Source: an uncultured bacterium
Lineage (GTDB): Bacteria > Actinomycetota > Actinomycetes > S36-B12
Direction of reading: 5' to 3'
Length of the DNA: 64,000 nucleotides
Assembly: GCA_963700255.1 (NCBI GenBank)
Contig: CAVOWW010000023.1
Location: 42,963-106,962, forward strand
This document shows, piece after piece, positions 1 through 10,809 of this stretch. The position numbers and the translations under genes are program-made. Positions within the stretch are counted from its first letter, which is position 1; each line of letters opens with the position of its first letter. The notes beneath the pieces were generated by a model. The model was given only the letters and a program-made list of their open reading frames with translations. It did no database searches and was not told where the DNA came from.

Positions 1-1
1 A

Positions 2-436
2 CGCGGTGAGCCGGTCGACTTCGACTTCGAGGACCCGCAGCTCGAGCACGGCTACAACCCCGACCGCGCGTACAAGAACTCGAAGCTGGCAGCGCTGTGG
101 TTCACCTACGAGCTCCAGCGACGGCTGGCACCCCGACCCATCACGTCGAACGCTGTGTGCCCGGGCTTCGTGCCTGCAACAGCCGCCGCCAGCACTCAGG
201 GGGCCATGCACTTCGTCATGGCGCATCTGATGCCGCATATGCCGTTCGCCACCTCCGTTGACGCCGCAACCGACTCGTTCGTCTTCATGGCGTTGGACCC
301 CTCCCTGGACGGCGTCGGAGGGAGGTTCTTCGGCGAACGACACCCGATCGAGTCGAGCCCCGAGTCGCTCGACGTCGACCGTGCCCAGCGCTTCTGGACG
401 CTCGCATCCGAACTCACCGGCCTGCACGGACTCTGA
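2..436 (+). CDS. SDR family oxidoreductase, C-terminal part (5' end lies outside the window)
   Basis: The frame is open from the window edge. The translation contains the SDR catalytic YxxxK (…DRAYKNSKLAAL…) and then …NAVCPGFV…. The listed ORF 155-436 is the same frame. Confidence 0.8.
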   Translation, partial: RGEPVDFDFEDPQLEHGYNPDRAYKNSKLAALWFTYELQRRLAPRPITSNAVCPGFVPATAAASTQGAMHFVMAHLMPHMPFATSVDAATDSFVFMALDPSLDGVGGRFFGERHPIESSPESLDVDRAQRFWTLASELTGLHGL

Positions 437-600
437 CCATCCGCATACCCAGCGGGCCAGCCTCCGCACGAGACCGGGCCGGGCCGTCCGCACGGGTGCA
501 GGCGATCACATGAACGCGCGGCAACACCATGTGACGTTCGCCCCTTATGGGCGTGCACACGCCTTCCGAGACTGGGAACAGGTGACCTAGTGCCGAGGAG

Positions 601-1053
601 GTGACCGTGGCAACCGTGCGCGACTTCCTGGAACGGCTGCGTCCCAGCGGCACCCCCGGGGCGCCGTCCATGTCGGGCGTGCCAGCGGACCGCCTCCTGG
701 AGCGCACCGCCGAGCTCGAGCCGGTGTTCGAGCGGCTGGCTGACGTGCAGGCAGAGGCCGAGCTGATCCGGGCGAACGCGGCAGCGAGGTCCGAGCGCCG
801 GCGACTGGCAGCTATCGACGAGGCTCGGTCCATCGTGGCGGAGGCACGCCGGCTGGCGGAGGCCGACCGGGGCGCGGCGGCAGCCGTGGCCCATGCCGAA
901 GCGCGATCACGGGCCGAGCAGATCGTCTCGGAGTCCCGCGAGGAGGCGGCCTCCATCGAGGCAGCCGCGGAAGCGCGACTGCCCGCCTTCGTCCACCTCG
1001 TACGAGAGCACGCGAGGGCGGATCTGCTCGTCCAGTTCATGGACGCGCCGTGA
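601..1053 (+). CDS. A/V-type ATPase peripheral-stalk subunit (H/G- or E-like coiled coil)
   Basis: A 150-aa Ala/Glu/Arg-rich coiled-coil protein. GAGGAGG lies 6 nt upstream of the GTG start. Its stop overlaps the start of subunit C (GTGA). Its position as first gene of the ATPase operon supports the call. Confidence 0.55.
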   Translation: MTVATVRDFLERLRPSGTPGAPSMSGVPADRLLERTAELEPVFERLADVQAEAELIRANAAARSERRRLAAIDEARSIVAEARRLAEADRGAAAAVAHAEARSRAEQIVSESREEAASIEAAAEARLPAFVHLVREHARADLLVQFMDAP

Positions 1054-1971
1054 GTACCGCGTGGGTGGCGGGCAGCGTGCGGGCACGAGCCATGTCGCGG
1101 CGTCGCATCGGCACGGCAGCCACGCGCGAACTCGCCTCCCGCACGTCCCTCGATGTCGCCGTCGACGCGCTCTCGGGCACTGCGTACGGCCATGACGTGC
1201 GTCCGGGCCAGACTCTCGAACAGGCGCAGCACGCGGTCGCCAGCACGGTGCTGTGGCACATGCGAGTGATGGCCGGCTGGGTCCCGCACGGGGACGCACG
1301 GGTACTTCGGGTGCTCGCCGGTGGGTTCGAGATCGCGAACGTGGACGAGCGGCTGCGGGAGATGGCGGGCATGACGGCTGAACCGATGTTCCGCCTGGGG
1401 TCCCTCGCCACGGCCTGGCCCATGATTGCGCCCACCGCCTCCATCGCCGACCTCCGAGAGGTCCTGGCCCGATCCGCATGGGGTGACCCCGGCGCCGACA
1501 CCGCAGCCGCGGTGCGGCTGGGCCTGCGGCTGTCCTGGGCCGTTCGGGCGGCGAGCAGCATCCCGCTCGCCCGGGCATGGGCGTGCGGCGCGGCGGCCAT
1601 CATCGTCGCTCGCGAATCACTGCTGGAGGGGCGATCGTTGTCGGCCTCGATTGCACGACTGGCCACTACGCTGCTCGGGTCCCGGTGGACCGAGGCGGGC
1701 AGCCTCCGCGCCCTCGCCGAGGCACTTCCCGCATCGGCCCGGTGGGCCTTGCTCGACATCGACGACCCGGCAGGGCTCTGGCGGGCCGAGGCGAGATGGT
1801 GGTCACGCGTCGATGACGACGGTCGTGAACTGCTGCATCGCCCCTTCACCACGCCGGCCCCGGTGATCGGGGCGGTCGCGGTGCTCGCCGTAGATGCCTG
1901 GCGGGTTCGTGCGGCCCTCGAGGTCACTGCCCGCGGCGGCGCTGCCACCCATGGGGCACTGGAGGCGTTCG

Positions 1972-1985
<14 letters not shown>
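1050..1985 (+). CDS. atpC: A/V-type ATPase subunit C (d-type central connector)
   Basis: A 311-aa helical protein in the expected operon position. Length and composition fit the V-type C family. It is coupled to both neighbours. Confidence 0.65.
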
Positions 1986-3794
<1,809 letters not shown>

Positions 3795-3795
3795 C

Positions 3796-4008
3796 ATGGG
3801 CCGCGTCGCCGCTATCGGCGAGTCCGTCCGAGTCCAGGGCCTGGCCCTGGCCGGCGTCCTCGTCCTGCCCGGCGACGACGCGGACACTGCTGTGGCCAGC
3901 TGGTCGGCCCTGCCCGAGGACGTCGACGTCGTCATCCTGACCGAGCAGGCTGCCGCAGCCCTCGGTGCACGAAGCGGCGGCCCCCTGACGGTGGTGCTTC
4001 CTTCATGA
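3796..4008 (+). CDS. atpF: A/V-type ATPase subunit F (short)
   Basis: A 70-aa protein, MGRVAAIGESVRVQGLALAGV…VDVVILTEQAA, which fits the F-subunit pattern. An ATGA overlap links it to the next gene. Confidence 0.65.
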   Translation: MGRVAAIGESVRVQGLALAGVLVLPGDDADTAVASWSALPEDVDVVILTEQAAAALGARSGGPLTVVLPS

Positions 4009-4532
4009 CACAGCCCCTCAGCCCCGACCGGCCCGACCCCTTGGCACCCTTGGCAGCGGCCCTGCTCGACCGCGCCCATCGGGACGCCGACGCGATGCTG
4101 GCAGCGGCGGACGCGGCTGCGGCCGCCACCCTGGCCGCGGCCCGGGACGAGGCGGTTCAGCTGAGGGCGCTGGCACGCGAGAAAGGAGCGGCCGACGGGG
4201 CGGCGGTCCTCGCCAACGAGCGGTCGCGCGCCGAACGCACCGCCCGGGGCGTCGTCATGGCCGCGCGTCGGGCAGCCGACGACCGGCTGCGGCAGGCAGC
4301 GCGCGACGCTGTGTCCGACCTGCGAAGCGACCCCTCGTACCCGCGCATCTTGGCTGGCCTTCGGGCGCGCGCCACGCGTGAACGAGGGGCGTCGGCCGTG
4401 ATCAGCGAGTACCCGCGCGGGGGGATTGTCGCCGAGGCCGACGGCACACGAGTGGAGTACTCGCTGGACGGGCTGGCCGACGACGTGATGGATCGCCTCG
4501 AGGCGGCCGACGAGTGGGCGTGGTCATTGTGA
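4005..4532 (+). CDS. atpE: A/V-type ATPase subunit E
   Basis: A 175-aa protein with an N-terminal Ala-rich coiled coil and a globular C-terminal part (…GGIVAEADGTRVEYSLDGL…), typical of E subunits. Operon position supports the call. Confidence 0.65.
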   Translation: MTQPLSPDRPDPLAPLAAALLDRAHRDADAMLAAADAAAAATLAAARDEAVQLRALAREKGAADGAAVLANERSRAERTARGVVMAARRAADDRLRQAARDAVSDLRSDPSYPRILAGLRARATRERGASAVISEYPRGGIVAEADGTRVEYSLDGLADDVMDRLEAADEWAWSL

Positions 4533-6280
4533 CCGCCGACACCGTCGCCGGTGAGGGACGCGTGGTCCGCGTCAACGGCCCGCTCGTGGAGATCGACGGC
4601 CTCGGCGGGGTCTCGATGTCCGAGATGGTCGAGTTCGGGTCCTCACGCATCCCGGGCGAGGTCGTCGCCATCGCGGGCGGAATGGCGACGGCACAGGCAT
4701 ATGAGTACACGGGCGGGCTCGCGCCCGGACATGCCGTGCGCGCTCTGGGCGAGCCGCTGTCCGCGTCCCTGGGTCCGGCGTTGCTCGGCGGCGTGTTCGA
4801 CGGCCTGCTGCGTCCCCTGCTGGGCGCCGGCACGTGGCTGACCCCCGGACGACCGACACCACCGGATCTGCGCGACTGGGGCTTCGAGCCCCTCGTCACC
4901 GTCGGCGACAGCGTTCAGTCCGGCGACGGCGTCGGCGCCGTCCATGACGACGGTCCGCTCACCATGCGGATCCTGGTGCCCGCCGGCGTCAGCGGTCTCG
5001 TCGAGCACGTGCAACCGGCCGGTCGCTACGGAGCTGACGCGACCGTGGCGGTGGTCGCCGGTGCGCCCGTCCGCATGACGCAACGCTGGCCGGTGCGCCT
5101 GCCACGCCCGCACCGTGGTCGACTGGACGGTGGCGAACCCCTCGTGACGGGTCAGCGGGTGCTCGACCTGCTCTACCCGGTCGCCCTGGGCAGCACCGCG
5201 GCCGTTCCCGGCGGGTTCGGAACCGGGAAGACCGTCCTGCTGCAGCAGGTGGCCAAGTGGTGCACTGCGGACGTCATCGTGTACGTGGGCTGCGGAGAGC
5301 GCGGGAACGAGATGGCGGACGTGGTCGCCGAGCTCGCGGAGCTCGTCGATCCCCGTACCGGAGGCAGGCTGGCACAGCGGACCATCGTCGTCGCGAACAC
5401 GTCGAACATGCCCATGATGGCCCGTGAGGCGAGCGTCTACACCGGCCTCACCGTGGCGGAGTACTTCCGCGACATGGGACTGCACGCCGTCGTCATCGCC
5501 GACTCGACCTCGCGGTGGGCCGAGGCACTGCGTGAGTTCGCCTCCCGCTCCGGTGCGCTGCCGGCGGAGGAGGGCTATCCCGCCAGCCTGGGTTCGGCGC
5601 TGGCGGCGTTCTACGAGCGGGCCGGCCACGTGCAGACACTCGGTGGGCAGCAGGGCTCCGTCACTGTCATCGGGGCCGTCTCGCCGCCGGGGGGCGACGT
5701 CACCGAGCCAGTGACGGCGAACACCGAGCGGTTCGTGCGCGCCGTGTGGTCGTTGGACCGTGAACTCGCTTACGCCCGTCACTACCCGGCGGTGTCCTGG
5801 ACCACCTCCTTCTCCCGCGACGCGGGTCCGGTCGGTGCGTGGCACGCCGCGACCGGTGACCCCGAGTGGGCCCGCCGACGCGGGCGGGTCCTGTCGTTGG
5901 TCGCGGACGCCGACCGGCTCAGCGCCCTCGCCGACCTCGTGGGCATGGGATCACTGCCCGGGGCGGAGCGGATGGTCCTGCTCACGGGTCGGCTCCTGCG
6001 TGAGGCCGTCCTCCAGCAGAGCGCACTCTCAGCCAACGACACGGTCTGCTCGACGGAGAAGGGCGCGGCTCTCGTCGATGCCGTGCTCGCCGTGCACGAC
6101 GCGTGCCTAGCACTGGTCGATCGAGGCGTCATCGCCTCTATCATCGAGGCGGTCGACTGGGGTCCGCTCGTGCGGGCCCGCGACGAGACGGATCCGTCGG
6201 ACGTTGCGGGGGTCACGTCGCGGCGCGAGTCTGTGCTGGCGACCCTTGACGGCCTTGCCGTGGACCGGGGATCGCCATGA
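4514..6280 (+). CDS. atpA: A/V-type ATPase catalytic subunit A
   Basis: A 588-aa protein with Walker A (PGGFGTGKTVLLQQ), …GCGERGNEM… and …PAEEGYPASL… motifs, characteristic of V/A-type A subunits. Confidence 0.93.
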   Translation: MGVVIVTADTVAGEGRVVRVNGPLVEIDGLGGVSMSEMVEFGSSRIPGEVVAIAGGMATAQAYEYTGGLAPGHAVRALGEPLSASLGPALLGGVFDGLLRPLLGAGTWLTPGRPTPPDLRDWGFEPLVTVGDSVQSGDGVGAVHDDGPLTMRILVPAGVSGLVEHVQPAGRYGADATVAVVAGAPVRMTQRWPVRLPRPHRGRLDGGEPLVTGQRVLDLLYPVALGSTAAVPGGFGTGKTVLLQQVAKWCTADVIVYVGCGERGNEMADVVAELAELVDPRTGGRLAQRTIVVANTSNMPMMAREASVYTGLTVAEYFRDMGLHAVVIADSTSRWAEALREFASRSGALPAEEGYPASLGSALAAFYERAGHVQTLGGQQGSVTVIGAVSPPGGDVTEPVTANTERFVRAVWSLDRELAYARHYPAVSWTTSFSRDAGPVGAWHAATGDPEWARRRGRVLSLVADADRLSALADLVGMGSLPGAERMVLLTGRLLREAVLQQSALSANDTVCSTEKGAALVDAVLAVHDACLALVDRGVIASIIEAVDWGPLVRARDETDPSDVAGVTSRRESVLATLDGLAVDRGSP

Positions 6281-7680
6281 TGCGCTGGGGTGCCGTCGAC
6301 TACACGGACATCAGCGGCATTCGCGGACCGCTCATGGTCGTCCAGGGCGTGCGGGACGTCGGGTGGGACGAGTTCGTCATCGTGCACGTCGACGATGAGC
6401 CGGACCGTCACGGTGTGGTGCTCGAAGTCAACCGTGACCTCGCGGTGGTGCAGGTGCTCGAGGGCACCTCCGGAATCGATCCGCTGTCGACCAGTGCTCA
6501 CTTCAGCGGCAGCCCGTTCCAGGTGCCCGTCGGCGAGGGCTGGCTCGGTCGCGTGTGCAACGGCCGCGGCATCCCGCTCGACGGCGGGCCCGCGATCCGC
6601 GGCGCAGCATCAGCCGCCACCGCCGGTGCCCCCCTGAACCCGCTGATGCGCGAGCCTCCCGCCGACCCGGTCATCACAGGCGTGTCTGCCATCGACGGGA
6701 TGGCCACGCTCGTCCGCGGCCAGAAGCTACCGATCTTCTCCAGCGCCGGCCTGCCGCACCTCGAGCTCGCCACGCAGATCGCCGCCCAGGCCAGCGTCGG
6801 CGGCGACCCGTTCTGCGTCGTGTTCGCCGCCATGGGCCTGACCCATGCCGATGCGGCCGCCGTCCGCGACGGGCTCGAGGAGCGGTCTCGCGCCGGCGAG
6901 CTGGTGCTCCTCGTGAACACCGCCGACGATCCCGTCGTCGAGCGCATCCTGACGCCGCGGATCGCGCTCACCATCGCCGAGCACCTTGCGTTCACCCTGG
7001 GCCGCCACGTGCTGGTCGTCATGGCCGACATGACGAGCTACGGCGAGGCGCTCCGCGAGGTGTCCGCCGCGCGGGGCGAGATCCCGGCACGGCGCGCATA
7101 TCCCGGCTATCTCTACAGCGATCTCGCTTCCCTGTTCGAACGCTGCGGACGCATTCGCGGCCTGCCCGGCTCCGTCACCGTCCTGCCGGTGCTGACCATG
7201 CCGGGCGGCGACATCACCCACCCGATCCCCGACCTGACCGGATACATCACCGAGGGCCAGCTCGTGCTGTCAGGCGAACTGCACGCGAGGGGCATCTACC
7301 CGCCCGTGGACCCGTTGCAGTCACTGTCGCGCTTGATGCGCAAGGGCGCCGGCCCCGGACGCACCCGCGACGACCACCTCGACATCGCAGCGCAGCTGCT
7401 GGCCGCGCTGGCCCGGGCCCGGCAGGTGCTCGAGCTCGCAGACCTCGTGGGCATGGACACACTGAGCGGGACAGACCAGCAGTACCTGGCCTACGAGACC
7501 GCGTTCGGCGAGACCCTGCTGGACCAGGGCAGGGACGAGAACCGGACGCTGGACCAGACTCTCGACCTCGCTTGGACGGTGCTCGCGGAGTTGCCACGCC
7601 GTGAGCTCACCATGCTTCCGCTGGCGATGCTCGAGGCGCACCGGAACCTGCTCGACTCGCGCAACGGGGCGAGGCCATGA
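6277..7680 (+). CDS. atpB: A/V-type ATPase subunit B
   Basis: A 467-aa protein with …EALREVSAARGEIPARRAYPGYLYSDLASLFERCG… and …TVLPVLTMPGGDITHPIPDLTGYITEGQ…, typical of B subunits. ATGA overlaps link it on both sides. Confidence 0.93.
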   Translation: MMRWGAVDYTDISGIRGPLMVVQGVRDVGWDEFVIVHVDDEPDRHGVVLEVNRDLAVVQVLEGTSGIDPLSTSAHFSGSPFQVPVGEGWLGRVCNGRGIPLDGGPAIRGAASAATAGAPLNPLMREPPADPVITGVSAIDGMATLVRGQKLPIFSSAGLPHLELATQIAAQASVGGDPFCVVFAAMGLTHADAAAVRDGLEERSRAGELVLLVNTADDPVVERILTPRIALTIAEHLAFTLGRHVLVVMADMTSYGEALREVSAARGEIPARRAYPGYLYSDLASLFERCGRIRGLPGSVTVLPVLTMPGGDITHPIPDLTGYITEGQLVLSGELHARGIYPPVDPLQSLSRLMRKGAGPGRTRDDHLDIAAQLLAALARARQVLELADLVGMDTLSGTDQQYLAYETAFGETLLDQGRDENRTLDQTLDLAWTVLAELPRRELTMLPLAMLEAHRNLLDSRNGARP

Positions 7681-8309
7681 CCTCCGGACTGCACGGGCTC
7701 CCTCCCGGACGCGCCGGGCGCATGTGGCTGTCGCGGCGGCTGACGGTGGCTACCCGCGGCGCGGACCTGCTCGAGCAGAAGCTTCGCATCCTCATGGCCG
7801 AGGAGCAGGACTTCTCACTTCTGGTCGAGCGCACGGAGGCCGCCTGGGCGGCGGCCACGCGCGAACTTGACCGCTGGCTCCTGCAGTCGGCCCTGCTCAG
7901 CGGGGAGCGCGGCCTTCGCCTGGCCACGAACGGCGGGCACGTCAACGTCGACGTCGAATGGCGGATGACGATGGGCGCCCGTTACCCGGCGTTCGCGGAC
8001 TTGACGTTCCCCGAACCGCTTCCTTCGACCTTCACGCCGGACAACACCGCGCTTCGGCTTGCTGCCACGGCCGCAGAGGCAGCGGTGCGCGCCGGGGTCG
8101 ACCATGCGGTCACGACCGCCGCATTGGTCGCCGTCCAGGCAGAGATCTCCTCCTCGCGACGCCAGATGCGGGCGCTGCGCGATCGGTGGATCCCCCGCCT
8201 CGAGACTGCTCGCACCCAGCTGATGATCACCCTGGACGACCAGGAGCACGACGAGCAGGTCCGACTCCGGTGGGCGGCCGACACCACGCAAGCAGGGAGA
8301 GAGCCATGA
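7677..8309 (+). CDS. atpD: A/V-type ATPase subunit D (central stalk)
   Basis: A 210-aa protein whose N-terminus …RLTVATRGADLLEQKLRIL… and C-terminus …IPRLETARTQLMITLDDQEHDEQVRLR… fit the D subunit. Confidence 0.85.
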   Translation: MTSGLHGLPPGRAGRMWLSRRLTVATRGADLLEQKLRILMAEEQDFSLLVERTEAAWAAATRELDRWLLQSALLSGERGLRLATNGGHVNVDVEWRMTMGARYPAFADLTFPEPLPSTFTPDNTALRLAATAAEAAVRAGVDHAVTTAALVAVQAEISSSRRQMRALRDRWIPRLETARTQLMITLDDQEHDEQVRLRWAADTTQAGREP

Positions 8310-8734
8310 CCCGCATCCTTCTCGCCGTCGATGACTCGCCCGCGGCACTCGCCGCCGCTCGGTCGGCCATCCGGCTCGCCGTCGACACCCGGGCACAGCT
8401 GCGCGTGGTGCACGTCCTGCCGGGCACCGAGACCGAGCACGCGCTGGAGGGGTCGCACGATGCCACGGACATCGCCCATCGGCAGGAGAGCGCCGCGGAG
8501 GCCGTGCTCCGATACGTAGCCGCGCTCGCCACCGATGCCGGCCTGGCGGCCGAGACCCGGACTCTGCGCGGGAGGCCCGCGCGCACGATCCTGGGCGAGG
8601 CGGCCGGCTGGCACGCAGACCTCATCGTGATCGGCCGGGCCGGCGGTCGTCACGTCGGGGAGCACTATGTGGGGTCAGCCGTGCAACGCGTGCTGGAGTT
8701 CGCCGAGATCCCGGTGCTGGTAGTGCCGGCGTAG
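8306..8734 (+). CDS. Universal stress protein (UspA family)
   Basis: MTRILLAVDDSPAALAA…DLIVIGRAGGRHVGEHYVGSAVQRVLEFAEIPVLVV is the USP fold signature. The ATG overlaps the atpD stop (ATGA). Confidence 0.85.
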   Translation: MTRILLAVDDSPAALAAARSAIRLAVDTRAQLRVVHVLPGTETEHALEGSHDATDIAHRQESAAEAVLRYVAALATDAGLAAETRTLRGRPARTILGEAAGWHADLIVIGRAGGRHVGEHYVGSAVQRVLEFAEIPVLVVPA

Positions 8735-8865
8735 CTGCGGTACGGGTGACCACGCGCGGGAGACCACCCGCCTGGCTCGCTCCGATCGACGTCGGGTGGG
8801 ACGTATCAGCAGGTCAAGGTGTCAATCCCACGGACGCCCATCCCCGTCGCCTCGAGTCCGTCACC

Positions 8866-9223
8866 TCAATACGTTGTGCCTTTGATCTGCGTCATCATGT
8901 GATCCGTCAGCTTCTCCAGGATCCGGATCATCTCGCGCATCTCCGACTTGTCGAGGCCTTCGAAAAGCGAGCAGAACGATCCGACCAACTCCGGCTCGAG
9001 CTCAGAGATGAGCTCCGACCCTCGGCGTGAGATTCAGCATCTGGGCGATGACCCCCATCCGCAGTTCCCCTAAGCGGCACAGCAGCCACACGGCGGCAAC
9101 GGCAACCGACAGCAGAAGGATGTCCCTGATCAGGACAACCGAGGCGGGATCGTTCCTGTGGCCGAGAGCGCGTCCGAACGGTCGACCATGTCGGCGATCC
9201 GCGGCGACGAGGTCGTTCATCAC
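8866..9223 (-). pseudogene. Remnant of a winged-helix (MarR-like) regulator, frameshifted
   Basis: Two minus-strand frames each carry part of one protein. The first reads …LLCRLGELRMGVIAQMLNLTPR…. The second reads …GSELISELEPELVGSFCSLFEGLDKSEMREMIRILEKLTDHM*. Local GC is visibly lower than the surroundings. Confidence 0.4.
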
Positions 9224-9775
9224 TCAACGCGGTCGGCCGTCCGCGACTTCGGCTCGACGAGTCGGAGGAGTCGACCATCGAGGCGGCGCTCGCGCTGCTC
9301 CTGGCCGCCCGCGGGGCGTCCGTGGCTGGCTCGGACCCCGTACGCGACCGCATCGACGACGGCCGCACCCGATGAGGTGCGCGCACGATGCGTCGATGGC
9401 GGTCGGACTCCGTGCTCCACGAAGAGCTTCACAGGGCCCAGTCGGCAAGCGGGTGCCGTCGCGCGTCGCCTGGCAGCTTCTCGTGCCCGCGCTCTGGGTA
9501 CAGCGAGGTGACTCAAGGGCGCTACGGAGCGCCGAGAAGCGCGGCCGACTGTCCCCCGCCGCGCTGGCCAACGCGGTCCATGGCCTCGCTGCACTGCCGA
9601 TCGAGCGTACCAATACGGCCGGTTACGTAGCGGCGGAGAGGCTGTTGAACCTCTGACCTCTGGGTTATGAGCCCTACGCGAGCTACCGCGCTGCTCCACC
9701 CCGCGTCGCTGGCTGCTCCGTGAGGATACGGCTCGTGCGCGGCCGCGAGCAATGCCGGGGTCAAGCTGGCCTAGT
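9220..9775 (+). pseudogene. Decayed vapBC-like toxin-antitoxin remnant (RHH antitoxin plus PIN toxin)
   Basis: An RHH-like piece (…RPRLRLDESEESTIEAALALLLAARGASV…DRIDDGRTR*) has no start codon. It ends in an ATGA overlap with MRCAHDASMAVGL…LLVPALW…KRGRLSPAALANAVHGLAALPIER…, which follows the PIN/VapC pattern. That toxin piece is truncated at 9656. Further PIN-like fragments lie in other frames up to about 9775. Confidence 0.45.
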
Positions 9776-10458
9776 AGCGGCCGGCTCGTCGGCGGGGCGT
9801 CGTCGACTGCCTCCACCTGCTCCGCCCACGCGCTGCGGTAGATCAGCGCCCAGGCCGTCGTGAACCAGGCGAGCACGAGTCCGCTGACCACCCACACGAG
9901 CAGGCTGGCGACGGAGCCGCGGACGAAGAAGGTGGTCAGGCCTCCGACGAGATTGCCGACGAGCACCACCGCACCCGTGATGACCGTGGTGAGCAGCCAG
10001 CGCCAGAACCTGCGGCCGATGGTCCGGGCGTTCGCTCCGAGCGGGTTGCGCTGGCCGTCGAGGGCGGCGAGCAGGAGGAACGGCGTGAGGGCCAGCACGA
10101 CGAGGCCCGGGATCGTGTAGACGGCGAGGCCGGCGATGGTGACGGCGGCGAGGCCGATAGCCCAGGCGGAGTAGCGGGCAGCATTGGCCCGCAGCGTCGC
10201 GACCGCCTGGTGCCAGCCCACAGGTCCGTCCGCAACCTTCAAGGCGGTCGCGGCCACGAGGCCGTACGAAACCAGGAAGACGACGGCACTCACGAGGGCG
10301 AGGAGCAGCGGCCCGATCCCGTCGCCCGGGGTGGGGTCCGACCAGATCAGCAGCGCCTGAAGGGCGGCGTTGACGACCACGACGGGGACGATGACGCGCC
10401 AGCCCCGCCACATCCGCACGAGGGCGGAGGCGAGGGCCGAGACCCGGTACGTCTTCAC
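9220..10458 (-). CDS. Polytopic membrane protein, unknown function; 3' boundary doubtful
   Basis: The GTG start overlaps the stop of the upstream lipoprotein gene (GTGA). About 225 aa of clear TM helices end near …WALIYRSAWAEQVEAVDD (about 9800). The frame then runs on with an Arg-rich, non-coding-looking tail, antisense through the vapBC remnant, to the first stop at 9220. Confidence 0.5.
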   Translation of the reverse strand: MKTYRVSALASALVRMWRGWRVIVPVVVVNAALQALLIWSDPTPGDGIGPLLLALVSAVVFLVSYGLVAATALKVADGPVGWHQAVATLRANAARYSAWAIGLAAVTIAGLAVYTIPGLVVLALTPFLLLAALDGQRNPLGANARTIGRRFWRWLLTTVITGAVVLVGNLVGGLTTFFVRGSVASLLVWVVSGLVLAWFTTAWALIYRSAWAEQVEAVDDAPPTSRPLLGQLDPGIARGRARAVSSRSSQRRGVEQRGSSRRAHNPEVRGSTASPPLRNRPYWYARSAVQRGHGPRWPARRGTVGRASRRSVAPLSHLAVPRARAREAARRRATAPACRLGPVKLFVEHGVRPPSTHRARTSSGAAVVDAVAYGVRASHGRPAGGQEQRERRLDGRLLRLVEPKSRTADRVE

Positions 10459-10784
10459 GATGTCGCCCGCGCAGCCTCGTCGAGGATCTTCTGCACCTCT
10501 CCGTCGTAGACCACGGAGCCGCCCACGGTCACCGTCATGGTGTGGGGCTTCGTGCCGACGTCGGCCTGCACGTTGATGACGGCCCCGTCCGTCAGGCTCC
10601 CGACGCACGACACCGTGGTGCCCGTCTCCGTGCACACGGGTGCCTCGAGGATGCCGAGCTTCCTCTCCAGCAGGACGTCGGTCGCGGCGAACTTCACGCC
10701 GGTCATGGAGTCGCCGCCGACGGGGGCGAGCCCGTCGATCTGCGAGCAGCCGGCGAGTGCACCGACCACGAACACGGCGGCCAA
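10455..10784 (-). CDS. Putative lipoprotein (lipobox LAGC); start region probably frameshifted
   Basis: The ORF starts with a TTG (MAAVFVVGALAGCSQ…) and lacks a charged n-region. A GTG at 10813 overlaps the upstream stop (GTGA) and encodes MTRRLLPSA…, but it sits in another frame. See findings. Confidence 0.5.
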   Translation of the reverse strand: MAAVFVVGALAGCSQIDGLAPVGGDSMTGVKFAATDVLLERKLGILEAPVCTETGTTVSCVGSLTDGAVINVQADVGTKPHTMTVTVGGSVVYDGEVQKILDEAARATS

Positions 10785-10809
10785 CGCGCCGAGGGCAGCA
10801 GTCGGCGGG

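Noticed and set aside
8746-9030. Plus-strand ORF 8746-9030 (94 aa) could be a real gene downstream of the USP.
   Set aside because: It is antisense to the more convincing MarR-like C-terminal fragment (…EMREMIRILEKLTDHM*). It has no SD or recognisable motif, and it lies in the decayed low-GC patch.
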